DNA of 60,649 nucleotides, filler included, from Sphacelaria rigidula (taxonomy: Eukaryota): the NCBI GenBank assembly GCA_964200075.2. It is 6 parts of 6 records of this genome, joined end to end, with 100 filler letters (N's around TTAATTAATTAA, not from the genome) between each part and the next. Parts side by side here need not be neighbours in the genome. Positions count along the whole stretch, not along the records: positions 30,378 to 40,402 come from CAXNAA020007304.1; positions 40,503 to 50,526 come from CAXNAA020007305.1; 4 more parts are not named here. The stretch is one strand, 5' to 3'. The position numbers were made by a program, and so were the translations under genes. The notes beneath the pieces are model-generated. The model searched no databases. It had not been told where the DNA came from and worked only from the letters and a program-made list of their open reading frames with translations. Below, one piece after another: positions 38,401-50,626 of this stretch. Position 1 is the first letter of the stretch. Each line of letters starts with the position of its first letter.

Positions 38401-40256
38401 ACAAGTGCCACGCAAGAGTTTAATGGAATATTTACCAGCTACTACAGAGGGACCTCGACGAGCAAGGTCCATGATGTTGGATAAAAGAAGATACACGTTT
38501 GTTTTCAACGAAGATTCGGGGGAAAGAAAAGGAATACATGGCGTGGGGTTGGAGAAGGGCGTTTTTTTACAAGATGACTCGCAAAGAAAGGTCGCTGTAA
38601 GTCATGCTGAAACACATGACCGCCCTGCGGGCATCTTTTACGTCAAGGTGGCTTCGGTGGGAGCCAGTCAATCGAGTATGCCAATGCGAGCCGAAGAAGA
38701 TCCAACGGAACGGGGGATGCGTTCAGTATCGACTGCCCTCGGTGTCTCCATAAGCAGACGGGCGCGCACCCAGCGGGCGTTTGGGGGGGTGGTGTAGCAA
38801 GTGTAGCGGACATGGCGGTTGGGGTTCAATCAGCGTTGTCTTTCCCAGAAGTAAAATCTCTAAGATCCAAGTCGTGCAAGCTAGTGCTGGTGGTTTTCCC
38901 CTGAAACTGCTTTCTTGGACACATAGATCTATCGACGCGGATGTACACCAATAGGGTGGATGAGGGGGTCCTCGGTGTCAAGTGCTTGCTAGTACGGGCC
39001 CGTCCTTTTTTATGTCAAATCGAGAGCAGGAGACTACTCAATTGCCGCCCGAAGGTGCAGAAATACAGTGATTCTAGCTCACGTTTATCCCCACAAAAAC
39101 GAGGACATTCACCCTGATGTCTGAGGCATCTCTCAGCAGATATTTAGGATGTAGCTACAACTGCAACCCACAAGAGACGTCCAAAAGCCCCCAGATATAT
39201 ACCGTTAACGCGAAACACCTAGAGAACTGTGCCCCGCCCGGATAGAAGTTCATGCTCTTATCCCACACATGCTGCTTCATGTGAACCTACCCTGCCCCAC
39301 CTCCACCGCTCGGCATCAAAATACGAATACTCTTCCGCCATGTAACCGTCGAGAAGTGTGTCTCACAATCCCATCTCAAACTGGAAGCCGGACTGCAGTC
39401 GACTGGCCAAGATGAAAGTCCTGCGAATGAACGGAGTCGGGTTGGAGCGATGTCCTGAAGGGTTGGGCAAGATGGGCACACTAGAAATTCTGGATATTTC
39501 CAACAATAACATTCCGGTGCTTGATCAAGCGGCAGGGACTCTCTTCAAGTTGAAAGTATTGAATCTGAAGAACAACATGATTGAGGTAAGGTGCACACAC
39601 GATGAGAAGACAATGGGAGTCGCAATAAACGGGGGCGGTGGTTGCGTAGAAGGGGAGAAGGAGGGGGAGACAGGGGGTGATGTAATCATCCTCTGCAGTG
39701 GAAATCCTGGGAACCCCCTTGACAGAATTCACAAGAGCAAAGTCAGGGTATCAAGATAATGGTATCAGGTTCAGACTGTGAGCGGGTTGACTGCGATCTT
39801 TGAGACCAGATGAACGTGCGGGAGTTCTGTAGCCTATTCATTAAGTTGTTGTTGTTGTTTTCCATTCCATGGGCGAACAGTACGCATGCCGTCGTCATGT
39901 TCGTAGGGCCATGATCAAACTCGCTTGTTACGCCCCGTTTAGCTTGTGGTACGTTTACTGTTCGAGCTGTCCACTAGCTTTCAGCTTCTACATCTGTCTG
40001 GACAATATTCATACTGCACCGTGACGTTACCCCACCCCTTCTTCTCCACCTGAAACACCTGCGTGGGCAAACGTAAAAAGGATCTTGGATCTTGTGTGGG
40101 CAACATGATGTCTCTGACATACCTAAATGCCGGCGGGAATGGCATGTCAATCTTGTCGCCCGAATTGAGCCGCTGTACAAGACTCGAGCATCTAGACATC
40201 AGCAGTGGACAACTCGAGTTTCTGGACGATGGCTTATCAAAGCTCACCAAGCTTAG
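32410..40256 (+). CDS. Multi-exon IQ + WW + leucine-rich-repeat protein, partial. Exons: 32410-32505, 32849-33004, 33917-34030, 34480-34546, 34888-35123, 35651-35865, 36267-36404, 36892-36955, 37360-37491, 38094-38365, 39357-39585, 40081-40256
   Basis: All 12 exons have AG acceptors and GT donors (one GC) and join in consistent phase. They give IQ-like AAVKLQ|AAWRRRRAAR, WW-like SKIFDDTSGAFYYFNSLTGETSWSKP, then many LxxLxLxxN repeats (LESLDLSRNRL, LQTLDLGHNR, LTNLNLGNNSI, LEILDISNNNI). No start codon found; the 3' end is cut by the contig end. Confidence 0.88.
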
Positions 40257-40402
40257 GTGAGATGTGCGTAATGCGTATCCTTTTCCTCTTCCTATACGTT
40301 TGGAGGACCCTCGCTTATTTCGTGTAAACGTAGGGGGGGTGAAGGGGGGATTGATAGATCCCGTGGTATGTTGTGATCGCCCGTCTTGGCGGGCACAGAT
40401 AG

Positions 40403-40502
40403 NNNNNNNNNNNNNNNNNNNNNNNNNNNNNNNNNNNNNNNNNNNNTTAATTAATTAANNNNNNNNNNNNNNNNNNNNNNNNNNNNNNNNNNNNNNNNNN
40501 NN
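40403..40502. other. Artificial contig-joining spacer
   Basis: Same 100-bp structure. Confidence 0.98.
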
Positions 40503-40559
40503 ATTTGTTGCTTGCTTTAGTCGTTCGACCATTGACCACGTATCCCTTTCGAGACGGAG

Positions 40560-40992
40560 CAAGGAGGGGGGGGGGGAAGGGGCACTCCTGATCTTCCATG
40601 CCATAGTCATTACACCATCGACCTCGCAACTCTTCAACGCCAGGACGGAGCACGTCGGGTTTTCGCCGGACCAGGCCCGCGATAAATCACCATGCGCGAA
40701 GGGTTGTGATGTATCGGCGAGTCGCATGGAGGGTGAACTGCATCCTGCTAAGATTGTTTAGCCTTAAGCGTACTGATTATCTTGCATTTGGATGAGAGCC
40801 TCGAATGAGTTGCTTCATTTTCTGGTATCGCCACTTCCAGAGGTAGCCACGGCTTACACACTGCCTCGCAAGTGTCTCACAATATGAACACTACGGAGTA
40901 CGATCGCATCCTTTGCGCAAATTTGAGGTTCTCCCACCCCGCACAATATGATATATATATATATAAAGCTCCACTACCATCATGGTAACCGC

Positions 40993-41030
<38 letters not shown>

Positions 41031-41187
41031 ACAATCCCACAAAACTAATCGGTAACCTGGTTACCCGGCTTACGCAGTGAGTGGCATGTTCTACACCGTA
41101 ATTGCCAACCGACGCCAACTTCATATGGGGGGTTCGTCCCTACAAAGCCGGGACGGAGCACGCCGGGTTCTCGCCGGACCAGGCTAA
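40560..41187. repeat. Dispersed repeat family B with an internally duplicated GGACGGAGCACGCCGGGTTTTCGCCGGACCAGGC motif
   Basis: Colinear with 60065-60547; this copy has an extra TA/CA microsatellite insertion. Confidence 0.8.
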
Positions 41188-41255
41188 ATCGGGGGAGGTG
41201 GGGGGGGGAGGGGGGCTCGATGATGGAGTAACGGACCGCGTGGATGTACAGGTAC

Positions 41256-41402
41256 CTTCGGCAAGCCTTTCCTCTCGCTGATGTTCTTCATGTACGCTTT
41301 CTTGCCTCCAAGTTCTTCCATGCTAAAGCTGAAGTCGCTGATATCGTTGACGTTCACGATACCCATCACCTTGCCCTCGGAAACCACGGGCAAATTCCGG
41401 AC
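41256..41402 (-). CDS. CBS-domain protein, next exon
   Basis: cag|...|gtacct, 147 nt, phase 0. VRNLPVVSEGKVMGIVNVNDIS completes the CBS repeat (LPVV...GIV...D) in frame with the 42730-42906 exon. Confidence 0.85.
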
Positions 41403-42019
41403 CTGAACGAATAAAAACGAGAAAACAAAAGTGGAGGGGAAAACGCCACCCCGACAAAATCCGTACCAATAGTAACGAAGCTGTGATGATAGTGGTGGTG
41501 GAGCGTCGTAGTCCGTTCGGAACAGTAGTTTCAATCCATTTCTCAGGTAATTTGACAAACAAATTGTTACCGCACACGAGGGGCACATGGCACAAGGATG
41601 ATCACCGACTATTGATAGGCATGTTACTAAGCTTCAGGGTGCATTAGATTGATTGATTGAGTTATTGATCATCACACTTCGGCTAACCCCCCATTGATAG
41701 TTAATATTCGCCCCCTCCCCCATTGATTTTTGTTTTGCCCGGCCGGATTTTCCGCCAATTTGGTCAGTACGAAAAAGGTGTGTCGTCTTTTTCTCATGGC
41801 GAAGCGAAGAGAAGGTTTTTCTTCCGTCTGTTTTTTTGTGTGCTATCCGTGGCTATTTGTGGCAACGTGTAGGCGTGCTTCTCGGAAAAAAAAAAACAAG
41901 TATTTCTTGTTGAACGGATGCAAAACTACAGGGTGCCAAAAATCGGGACCTTTGAAGCCAAAAAACAGTACGGTAGTATGGAGGATAAAAAGAAAAAAGC
42001 ATTTTTCGAAGAAGTTATG

Positions 42020-42118
42020 TTTTAGGTGGGAATCGAACTCCTGACGTGCTCCTTTCATGTTCAGCTTGACTTTTGCGCATATAGTCCTTATCGGCCTTAT
42101 CTTCCCGGCCACAGGGAG
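42020..42118 (-). mobile_element. Possible tRNA-derived SINE head
   Basis: Minus strand TGGCCGGGAAGA...GGAGTTCGATTCCC (A/B-box-like). Confidence 0.35.
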
Positions 42119-42729
42119 TATTTATTATAGCTCGTGGTCAGGATCGACACAGTAATAAGAAGCGATACTCGGGTAGCTCATGAGATGTCCGACGTGTGGA
42201 AGATACGACGCGCGTGTGTATCTCGTCCGTCAAAGGTGATGATCACACAAGAGGGCTAGAGTAAAGCTGCATGGGAAAAACGGTTCATGATGTGTGGAAA
42301 AAAATGAACAGAAACAAAATTACGTATGTACGAGAATAATACTAGACACACACCAGTGCAGGAAATAATTTCAAAACCCTCGGTACAACAACAACAACAA
42401 CAAAAACAAAAAACGCTTGCGGTTTATCCAAGTTTTTCACTAATGAAATAATCTGACGGGGGCGGGGGTGGAGGGGGGGGAAGAGAAAGGAAGAACACTC
42501 TTTTCGGAACAGTTTCTCGAACTTCTTCTCCGTAGTACAAAATTCCCCGTCACTTTGATCAATATTGGAAAAAAGTGCGGAGAAACATAAGGAAAACATG
42601 GAAAAATGTACCAACCGGTACGTCCCGAAAAATACTACGGTATACATCTCCTACATACGATGAGAACTGAAAACCGCATCCATTTCCGTCTGTTATCATC
42701 AAACACGTGCTCCCGGTAAGTGCAAATAC

Positions 42730-42906
42730 CTTCAGCTCAGACATCACAAGGAGGCACTGGTACAGAGAATCCTTTGGAGAGCAGTAGATCATCTGCGCCA
42801 GCGGAATCATGAATTCGTGCGCTTTGGTCTTCAGCCCATCGGCCTTGTCGGGAAACTTCGCCAGCTCTGTCAGCAAGTCCCTGGAGGTGAACATGCCGAT
42901 TACCTC
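42730..42906 (-). CDS. CBS-domain protein, internal exon
   Basis: cag|...|gtattt, 177 nt, phase 0. EVIGMFTSRDLLTELAK...EFMIPLAQMIYCSPKDSLYQCLLVMSELK has the CBS GMFTxRD motif and the start of a second CBS repeat. Confidence 0.85.
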
Positions 42907-43379
42907 CTGCGCGCAGTGAGTACGTTCCAGTGTCGAAATACATGAGAAAAAGGCAACAAAACATGGGAGCGGGGGAAAAGGGGGGCAAGAGGAGGAGGAG
43001 AGAGACAAAGTACGTGTCTTTTTTTTTCATCACCAACATTTCCTTCACAGGATTGTTATGTGTGTGTCGGTACTGGTATAATCGATATCCACATATATAT
43101 ACTGTATAATGCGTGGCATATATATATATATATATATTTACATGTCGAACCAAAATCATCGACATATCGTAATCGGTGATTGGCACCGACATCCGCCAGT
43201 TTGACTTGATGGGAGTACGATCGGGCTAGCGCTTTGTGGACAACAATTCCTTCTACGGGGGTTGTGTATGGATACCGGTACCCATACTATTGACACATAT
43301 AGCGAGAACCGGGATCATATATCATTTAGTATCGTTTCATATTTGTGATCATGGTCTTTTCATTACCCGACCCGCCAAC

Positions 43380-44060
43380 TAACAGAATACCCCCCGGCAC
43401 GCCGACCCAATCCGTATCCCGGGCCTGTCAACCTCGGGCGCGTCATCCTCCAACCTCCTGTCTGGGTCATGGTCATACTCTTCACTCAGGGTGCTCCGTC
43501 ACGAGCCCACCGTTTGTCAGTCTTGTCCTTACCCCAAGCTTATCCCTGCCAACACCGCATCGCATCCCTACAAGCACCCTTCACCTACGCCGAGTGAGAA
43601 GCCAAAGCTTATGCGCACACCTAATGTCCCTACAAGCATCCTTCCCTGCCACGGCCGTTGTCCACAGGCCTGTTTCATAGTATCGGCAACACCGATCTTG
43701 CCAGTTTCCAAGTACAATTCATGGGTCATGATCCATTGATGGATCATGACCTGGGTATGATCGGGCTTGCACTCTCTCGCCTGGCGCGCGCAGAAGACCC
43801 AATGAACGACTGGAGACAACTGCGCACGGACCGTACATGGACCGCGCCACGGGCTGATTAGTTTGGGATTTGGACCATCAGCGGCCGTGTAGGAACAGTG
43901 GAGCAGGACTTGCTCTCCCATTTTCAAGTGGGGAATGACAAATTAGCTTTGACGGATGCTTGTGAATCAGGTCGCTCTTCACGATTACGTCGGGCCAACT
44001 CATACGCGAGTTGTAGCCGCTCGACCGTCTGCCTAGTATACTCCAACGATGACTAGAGTT
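43380..44060 (-). mobile_element. Degenerate Ty3/gypsy LTR retrotransposon 3' remnant (integrase GPY/F tail, putative PPT and LTR start)
   Basis: Frameshifted LQLAYELARRN.../GEQVLLH...NPKLISPWRGPCTVRAQLSPV; downstream GGGGGGTATTC|TGTTAG at 43384. Confidence 0.65.
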
Positions 44061-45599
44061 GATGTCGACGCCCTACTACCATAAATATGTATCGGCTACG
44101 AAACCAATACATGGTGAACGCATGAACTCTTCCGATCGATACACAACCGTGCAGTTCTCACAGCAGCGGCGACACAAGTTTTCCATACCGCCCATCGCAT
44201 AACCCAAAAATACCACACACCCTGGACAATGACAAAACATTACTTTGTCGAAAAGTGTACCGCGTACAGTATCGACTATTGCGTCTACTGCTATCAACAG
44301 CAGACAAAGTAGTCCATACTGTACGCAGGACACTTTTCGACAACGTAATCTAATGTCATCATCCAGGGTGTGAAAATACAAGGATACAACTGCACGAGAG
44401 AACACATCATCGCAGTCTGCATCAATTTCAGCGTCAATTTTTCTTCCCTTGAAAAAGCAAACGCGCGAAAGGTGGCCATGTTCCATCGTTTGGAGATGGG
44501 CAGCAGGACTACTGCTGTACTTCCATCCAGCAGTGATGCTCCTTCCACGTGCTCCTCCGTGGATCACCACTATTTTTCTCTTCTTCTACCCGGCATACTC
44601 TTGCCCCACCCCCCTACATTTCTCTCCAGAACGAAATGAGCGCCCAAATGTTGGAGGTGTCTCTATTAGGACTAGGAACGACGCTCCATCTCGTAAGGGA
44701 TGCGTGGTCAATGATCAAACGACCAAGGCAAGTAATAAATGAGTGCGCCCCCCAGACGTTCAAAATTGGACCAGACTTATCATTGTTGGGAGAAAACACA
44801 AAAAAGGACTCCGAAAATGTGTCCAGTGGAGTGTGCCCCCTCAAGTGTGTGCATGCGACTGCTGCACGTCTTTATTTGCCTTTGTTGAGACTCCTGTAGA
44901 GTAAAACGGAACGGTGTGCCAAAGAGGGAGGTGTGTTGTCACAAATCGAGAACGAAGCGACCATCCAATCAATACACGAGTGGGAATCGACATCAAAACA
45001 TGATTTAAGCTATTTTTGGGGACACGCACACGGGAGCTGCGACCTTGAGAGGGGAGGGACACGCGTCAACAACAGGTGAGGAACAGATGACTCGATTCTC
45101 ATTTCTCTCCGCGTGTCTGAAAACAGTCGCAACCTACGGTGAAAAGACGCCGAAACAGAAGGGTTGATCCCTTGCACACCCTGGACAATGACAATAGCTT
45201 ACACGGTCAAGAAGCGCACTGCGTACAGTATCGACTAATGCGTCTATGGCTGTACACACAAGATACTATACTGCACGTGGTACACATTTTGACAAGGTGA
45301 TGTATTGTCAGTATCCAGGGTGCGGATTCCTTCAAGACTAAACGACCTCGCCCCGCGCAAGAGAAGAGGGAAGGTGAAGTAAAAAATACTCCAGTAAATC
45401 GGGCATCGTAACTCACGACATATTTGTTTTCACCTTTCTCCTGTTAACCACGACGAACGACGTCACACGCTCGTTGACGAATGCCGTCACCGCCTCGTCC
45501 ACCGTACAATTACCCCGCACCTGCGCACCAAAATACACACGGACACACGTACATGTATGTGTACAGCATGTGTTCATCAAGAAACGAGATTACCAAGGT

Positions 45600-46110
45600 T
45601 GTGTTCTGTAGGGTACGGTTTTCTGTGTACCCGCGGTATTTTCCCGGGCATTTGCCGTACCTGACTGTTTAATGACTTCTTGTCAGACCTTGAAACCGGT
45701 ACCCGGCAGTTCTGTAATCTTTACAAGACTCCCGTACCGTTACCGGGGGGCATGTAAACGCTTTTGAGAAGATACCCGATCGCGGGTACGGCTTTCTGTA
45801 CAACCTCCATGCCCTACCCGACACTTTCTGCGAGTTCTGTAAGCCTCCCATAGCCTTACCCGACAGTTCTGTCAGTTCTGTACAGGATACTTAATCATAC
45901 CCGGAGCGCGGGTATGCTCTAGAAGCAATACCCGATTGCCACTCCGGATTTTCTGCAAGCCTCCCATACCGTACCCAACAAGTTCTGTCACTTCGGTGAG
46001 ACTTTCATCCAGTACAGGACCCGACAATTTAGTAATTTTTGTGAGACTTTCATACAGGTACCCGATATTTCTTTAAGTTCTGTAAGGAATCTAATACCCT
46101 ACAAAACACA
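45600..46110. repeat. GGGTACGG...TACCCG degenerate repeat family
   Basis: Recurring ttctgtaagcctcccatacc...tacccgaca; also at 46360-46460 and 47530-47750. Confidence 0.65.
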
Positions 46111-46837
46111 ACCTTGGAAATTACATACCCTTGAGAATGACAATCAAACGGTTTGTCGTTGTTGAGTGCGTTCTGTAAAAAACCGCAACATCGCGGCCGA
46201 GCAAGCATTCATCACCATCATGGCCATCACCATCGTCATCATCATGGCCATCACGATCATCATGTATGTGTGCACACACCGGCGAGCTTTACCTCGGAAC
46301 GAACACAATTCCACTCAAGTTAGTCCATTTTTGTGTCCCCGAACTAATAAATGTTTGTGCTGTAGGGTACGGTTTCTGTATACCCGGGGTATTTATCGTG
46401 TACCCGACACCTTCATAACGATAACCGACAGTTCGATGAACTATGCAAGACCGTCATACCCTTGGGCTACTGCTCATGTATTAAAAAAAACGTAGTCAGA
46501 AAAGCCCTTTTTCAACAACACGATTTCCCCCAGAATTTTTTGAAGTAGCCCTTCTCACGTAATCGACGCACTATTATATCAGAGTTGGAAGAGCAGTGTT
46601 CATCGTTTTCTACGAGGTGTGTGGTCATAATTTCAAATTTTGGGGCGCCCGGGAGAGACGCGGCACTCTGCTGTCGTGTCGTGGTGCACGGTCCGTACTG
46701 TCTGTCTGTACTACTCTAATATATTGCTTGAGCACTAATACATGGTGGGCTGCGTGACGCAAGACGATCAATAAGAACACCGCCTCGCTGTACCAACTGA
46801 CGGTAGTATTACGGTTGTGCCTTCTCACTGCACAGCA

Positions 46838-47215
46838 CATGATAACGGAACAGGGCAGGTTCGACGACGAGTGCTGTACAGACACTCTGCATGTAGTTTA
46901 CACAGTGTTGTAGCTCAGTTCAGGTCTATGCATGCAGCGTGTTGCGAACAGCACTCGAATACAGCACAGACTACCCACGCACCCAAGCCCTGGAGACACT
47001 ACAGTAGTAGCACTACTCATACTGTACTGTGGCCGTGTGTACAGTCAGCACGGTCCTGTCTCTGCAAGTCTTGGGTGCGTGGCAGTCTGTACTGCACTGC
47101 GAGTGCTGTTCGCGACACGCTGCATGCACAGACCTGAACTGAGCTACAGTATTGTGCAAACTACATACGGAGTGTACAGCACTCGTCATCAACCCCGCCC
47201 TGTGCCGTTCTCATG
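46838..47215. mobile_element. ~375-bp palindromic element
   Basis: gtagctcagttcaggtctatgcatgcagcgtgttgcgaacagcactcg is inverted relative to cgagtgctgttcgcgacacgctgcatgcacagacctgaactgagctac. Confidence 0.85.
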
Positions 47216-48788
47216 GGGTAAAGGGCCACCGCGATACTGGCGAGCGAAGGAGAATGAAGCAACACGCTGACTGCTCGCGAGCACCAGCGACAGCAGTGAT
47301 GATGGCAGCCAAGCCATCATGACTGCTGTCGGGCTAGAGGGTGTGTTGGCGTGCGGCGGGATTTCAAACGCGTTTTCAAAAGGAGGATTTTCTGATAACT
47401 TTGGGCTGTCGGAAAATTACGTCAGAAGATTTTCCGTAAAAAAACGCGTTTTCTGATCACACAAGAAGTGGTTTTTTTGGTCATAAGTCAGAAAACGCGT
47501 TCTTCTTAGGACTTTTTTAATACATACGAAGTAGCCTTACTACCCGATAGTTCTATGATTTCTGTAAGCCTCGTACCGTTACTAGGGACACGGATGTGCT
47601 TTTGATTAGATACCCGGTTGAGGGTACGGGTTTTTATGTAACCTCTATACCCCGCCCAAAATTTTCTATGAGTTTCGTACGCCTCCCATACCCTTATCCG
47701 GCAGTGCTGTGAATTCTGTACATCATATGTGTCCGTACCCTTTTGGGACCGGGCCTGCAGAACGACCAATGAGGCTGGTCAGGAATGACGTGTCTAGCGT
47801 CTGTACGAAACAGTGGCATGTTGGAGGTCCGGAAATAGTGCGGTCCTCTCAAAGTGCTGCAGTGTAGATCCGCACATATTGCGGTCCTCTTTGAGTGCTG
47901 CATTGGAAATCCCAAAATAGTGCGAATCCTCTTGAAAATGCTGTAGCGGAGGTGAAAAAATAGTGCGGGCCTCGTGAAGTGCTAGCGTGTAGGTTCGCAA
48001 ATAGTGCGATCATGTCAAAGTGCGGGGTCTCACCACAGCGTGGTCAAGCATCACTTGGCACAAATCTGATCTACTGTACTAATATCAAGTGATTGCACCA
48101 TACCAGTGTTGTGCGGGGTCCCGGTATAGTGCGGTCATGCCGGGCTGGCGACCCGCCGCATCGTGCTTGGACCCCCCTTGTATCGACCATTCGTAAATAG
48201 TTTTGCACGAAAGAAATATGCACATCTTCACCACCAATCTCTTAGGATTGTGAATTGGCCCGTACGACAAAGATGGCGCAAAAGACAACACGGGTAAGCA
48301 CAATCTAATGAGTGAATACACGGCCGGTAGGATGACGACGATACTCGGGAGCTAACTTGCAATACTCCACGAGTCAGGTGTCAACTTTTGGCGGTGTCTT
48401 TGTATCGATCTTGTATCGGTGATTGGTACCGATACGCCTAGCTTGCCGCGATAAAGACGGTGTATATCGGCTGCATGGATCTGCCCATGTACATCTGAAT
48501 CTACAAAATGAACACAAAAACATGCAGCGAAAAACTCAACACCTGGTTCTTGAAACATTACAAGTTGCATTTTAATGTCCCCATCATATCGGCAGTTTAT
48601 CCACGTCTCGATCTCTTCACCTGTGTGGTCCTTTCTGACGGCTGCTTGTGGATACAATACAGTCACATCCAACCGCTACACAACCCCAGTGATTTCGCCC
48701 GACGGTCAGCCTCTCTTGCACCCTCCCCCCTGTCAGCGCCCCACACATACATACATCCACACCCCCTCGATGCATCGCCCTTTCTCAC

Positions 48789-49112
48789 CTCAAGCTGCTG
48801 CCGCAGCAAGTTCTTATCTCGCAATATATCCTCCGCGCTAAACCCCTGCAGCCATTTCCTCGTCATCTCTCGCGTAAGATCGTCATCATCGCCATCATTT
48901 TTGTCAAACCGTTCGCGCCCTCCACCGTCATGCTCCAACCCCACCCCAACCGTGTAGTTGACACCGACGTTTGGCCTTTCCCCCGTTGATGCTGTCGTGG
49001 CTGCCCCGTTTGACGGCGCGTGCGGCGAAATTCCGTTCGGATGTCGCTCGCCTTCGAAAGATCCGGCAGGCTGTTTGAGCATCGGGGACGGGGGGTGGTA
49101 TGTGAGCGCCAT
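48789..49112 (-). CDS. Candidate upstream exon, possibly the N-terminus of the CBS gene
   Basis: ORF MALTYHPPSP...KWLQGFSAEDILRDKNLLRQQLE ends at a strong GAG|gtgaga donor on the same strand as the CBS exons; the linking exon(s) were not found. Confidence 0.5.
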
Positions 49113-49221
49113 GTACTAGCCAGCTTCAACGCCGGTGGGGGCAGGTAACCTTGTGACGTGGTCAGCAGGGTGCATACACGATATCTCCGTGCAAATAATA
49201 GGGCAAAAAGAAAGAAGTGTC

Positions 49222-50225
49222 TACATTATCACCACCTATTTTAGTCCAAACATCGAGGCAGATAAACCGCTCAAGTTCGAGCTGTGCTTGCCAGGCCCAA
49301 ACCGCTCAAAAATCAATCCCGACGCAAACGCAAGGCGCCCACGGCTCATGCAGAGCATGTACACCAACTTTCGCGAAGAAAGAGCGCGGTCAAGGACCGG
49401 ACAGCACCGCGGGAAATAAGAGCCTCGCAGAGTACCCTCTTTGTGTCCGACAATGGGCTAAGTGTACCGAGCAAAACGTACTGAGTTTCTCTCGGTACAT
49501 CATTGTTCCCCATGCTGTCTCACGTCATGTCCGAAGTGTACCTCTATTTGACCAATATCGGTCTTCTACAGTCGCCGTCCAACTTACCGCACGGCTCAAA
49601 ATCGAATGGCCGACGAACATCTTTAACCCTTCTCTGTACCTCTTTCTACGCCCTGGAGACTCGAGACCCCTGTGGAGTGATAAGCTGCAAACAGGTTGCT
49701 GTGCGGTTTGCATTAAATTCGCATTTCGCAGCTTTTTGTGCCGTTTACCAACGGTCGTGCGGTGTGTCGATCACGCTGCAGGCCTCTCGAGTCTCCAGGG
49801 CGAAAAAAGAGGTGAAGGGAAGGGTTGGAGATATTCTTCGGCCATTCGATTTTGAGCCGTGCGGTAAGTTAGACGGCGGCTGTGGAAGACCGATATTGGT
49901 CTAATAGAGGTACACTTCGGACATGACGCGAGACAGAATGAGAAACAATGAGGTACCGAGAGAAACTCAGTACGTTTCGCTCGGTAAACTTACCTTATAG
50001 TCGGACACAAAGAGGGTACTCTGCGAGGCTCTTGTTTCCCGCGGTGCTGTTCGGCCCTCAACCGCGCTCTTTCTTAGCTAAAGTTGGTGTACATGCTCTG
50101 CATGGGCTGTGGGCGCCTTGCGTTTGCGTCGGGATTGATTTTTGAGAGGTTTGGGCATAGCAGGGAGAGCTCGAACTTGCGCGGTTATCTGTACCGATGT
50201 TTGGGCTGAAATAGGTGGTGATGTA
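49222..50225. mobile_element. ~1-kb fold-back element with ~420-bp inverted arms
   Basis: 49228-49650 is the reverse complement of 49805-50222 (atcaccacctattt / aaataggtggtgat; aaaatcaatcccgacgcaaacgcaaggcgcccac / gtgggcgccttgcgtttgcgtcgggattgatttt). Confidence 0.9.
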
Positions 50226-50526
50226 TCCATTTTTGTCTTGTGCCTCGAATTATAACCAGTATGCAGCCCAAACATAAAATTGCGACACATGCCTCGAGTG
50301 AAAGTATTTCCAGGGGGTTCTTTGGTATTTTGTGGAGATCGCCAGTTTGGTATGTGCGGAGAGATTTCTTTTCATGACGTCTAACCCAGTCAACGACTGT
50401 TGCAGGGGTAGTTCTCGGTAGTTCCGAATCTCCCACATCTGTACAGCCGGATCTGGGACCCCTTGTGAGTTTTTCACTCTGGATCTATTTTATTTTATTT
50501 TGGTTTCTTCTGCTAGGCTGTGACCA

Positions 50527-50626
50527 NNNNNNNNNNNNNNNNNNNNNNNNNNNNNNNNNNNNNNNNNNNNTTAATTAATTAANNNNNNNNNNNNNNNNNN
50601 NNNNNNNNNNNNNNNNNNNNNNNNNN
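50527..50626. other. Artificial contig-joining spacer
   Basis: Same 100-bp structure. Confidence 0.98.

Noticed and set aside
35651-40256. ROCO-type shuffling array of single-LRR exons
   Set aside because: The exons vary in size and phase (only 36267-36404 is a clean two-LRR phase 2/2 unit), with no near-identical exon copies and no ROC domain visible
48545-48645. Linking exon of the CBS gene
   Set aside because: The available acceptors are out of phase with the 48789 donor or lead to stops
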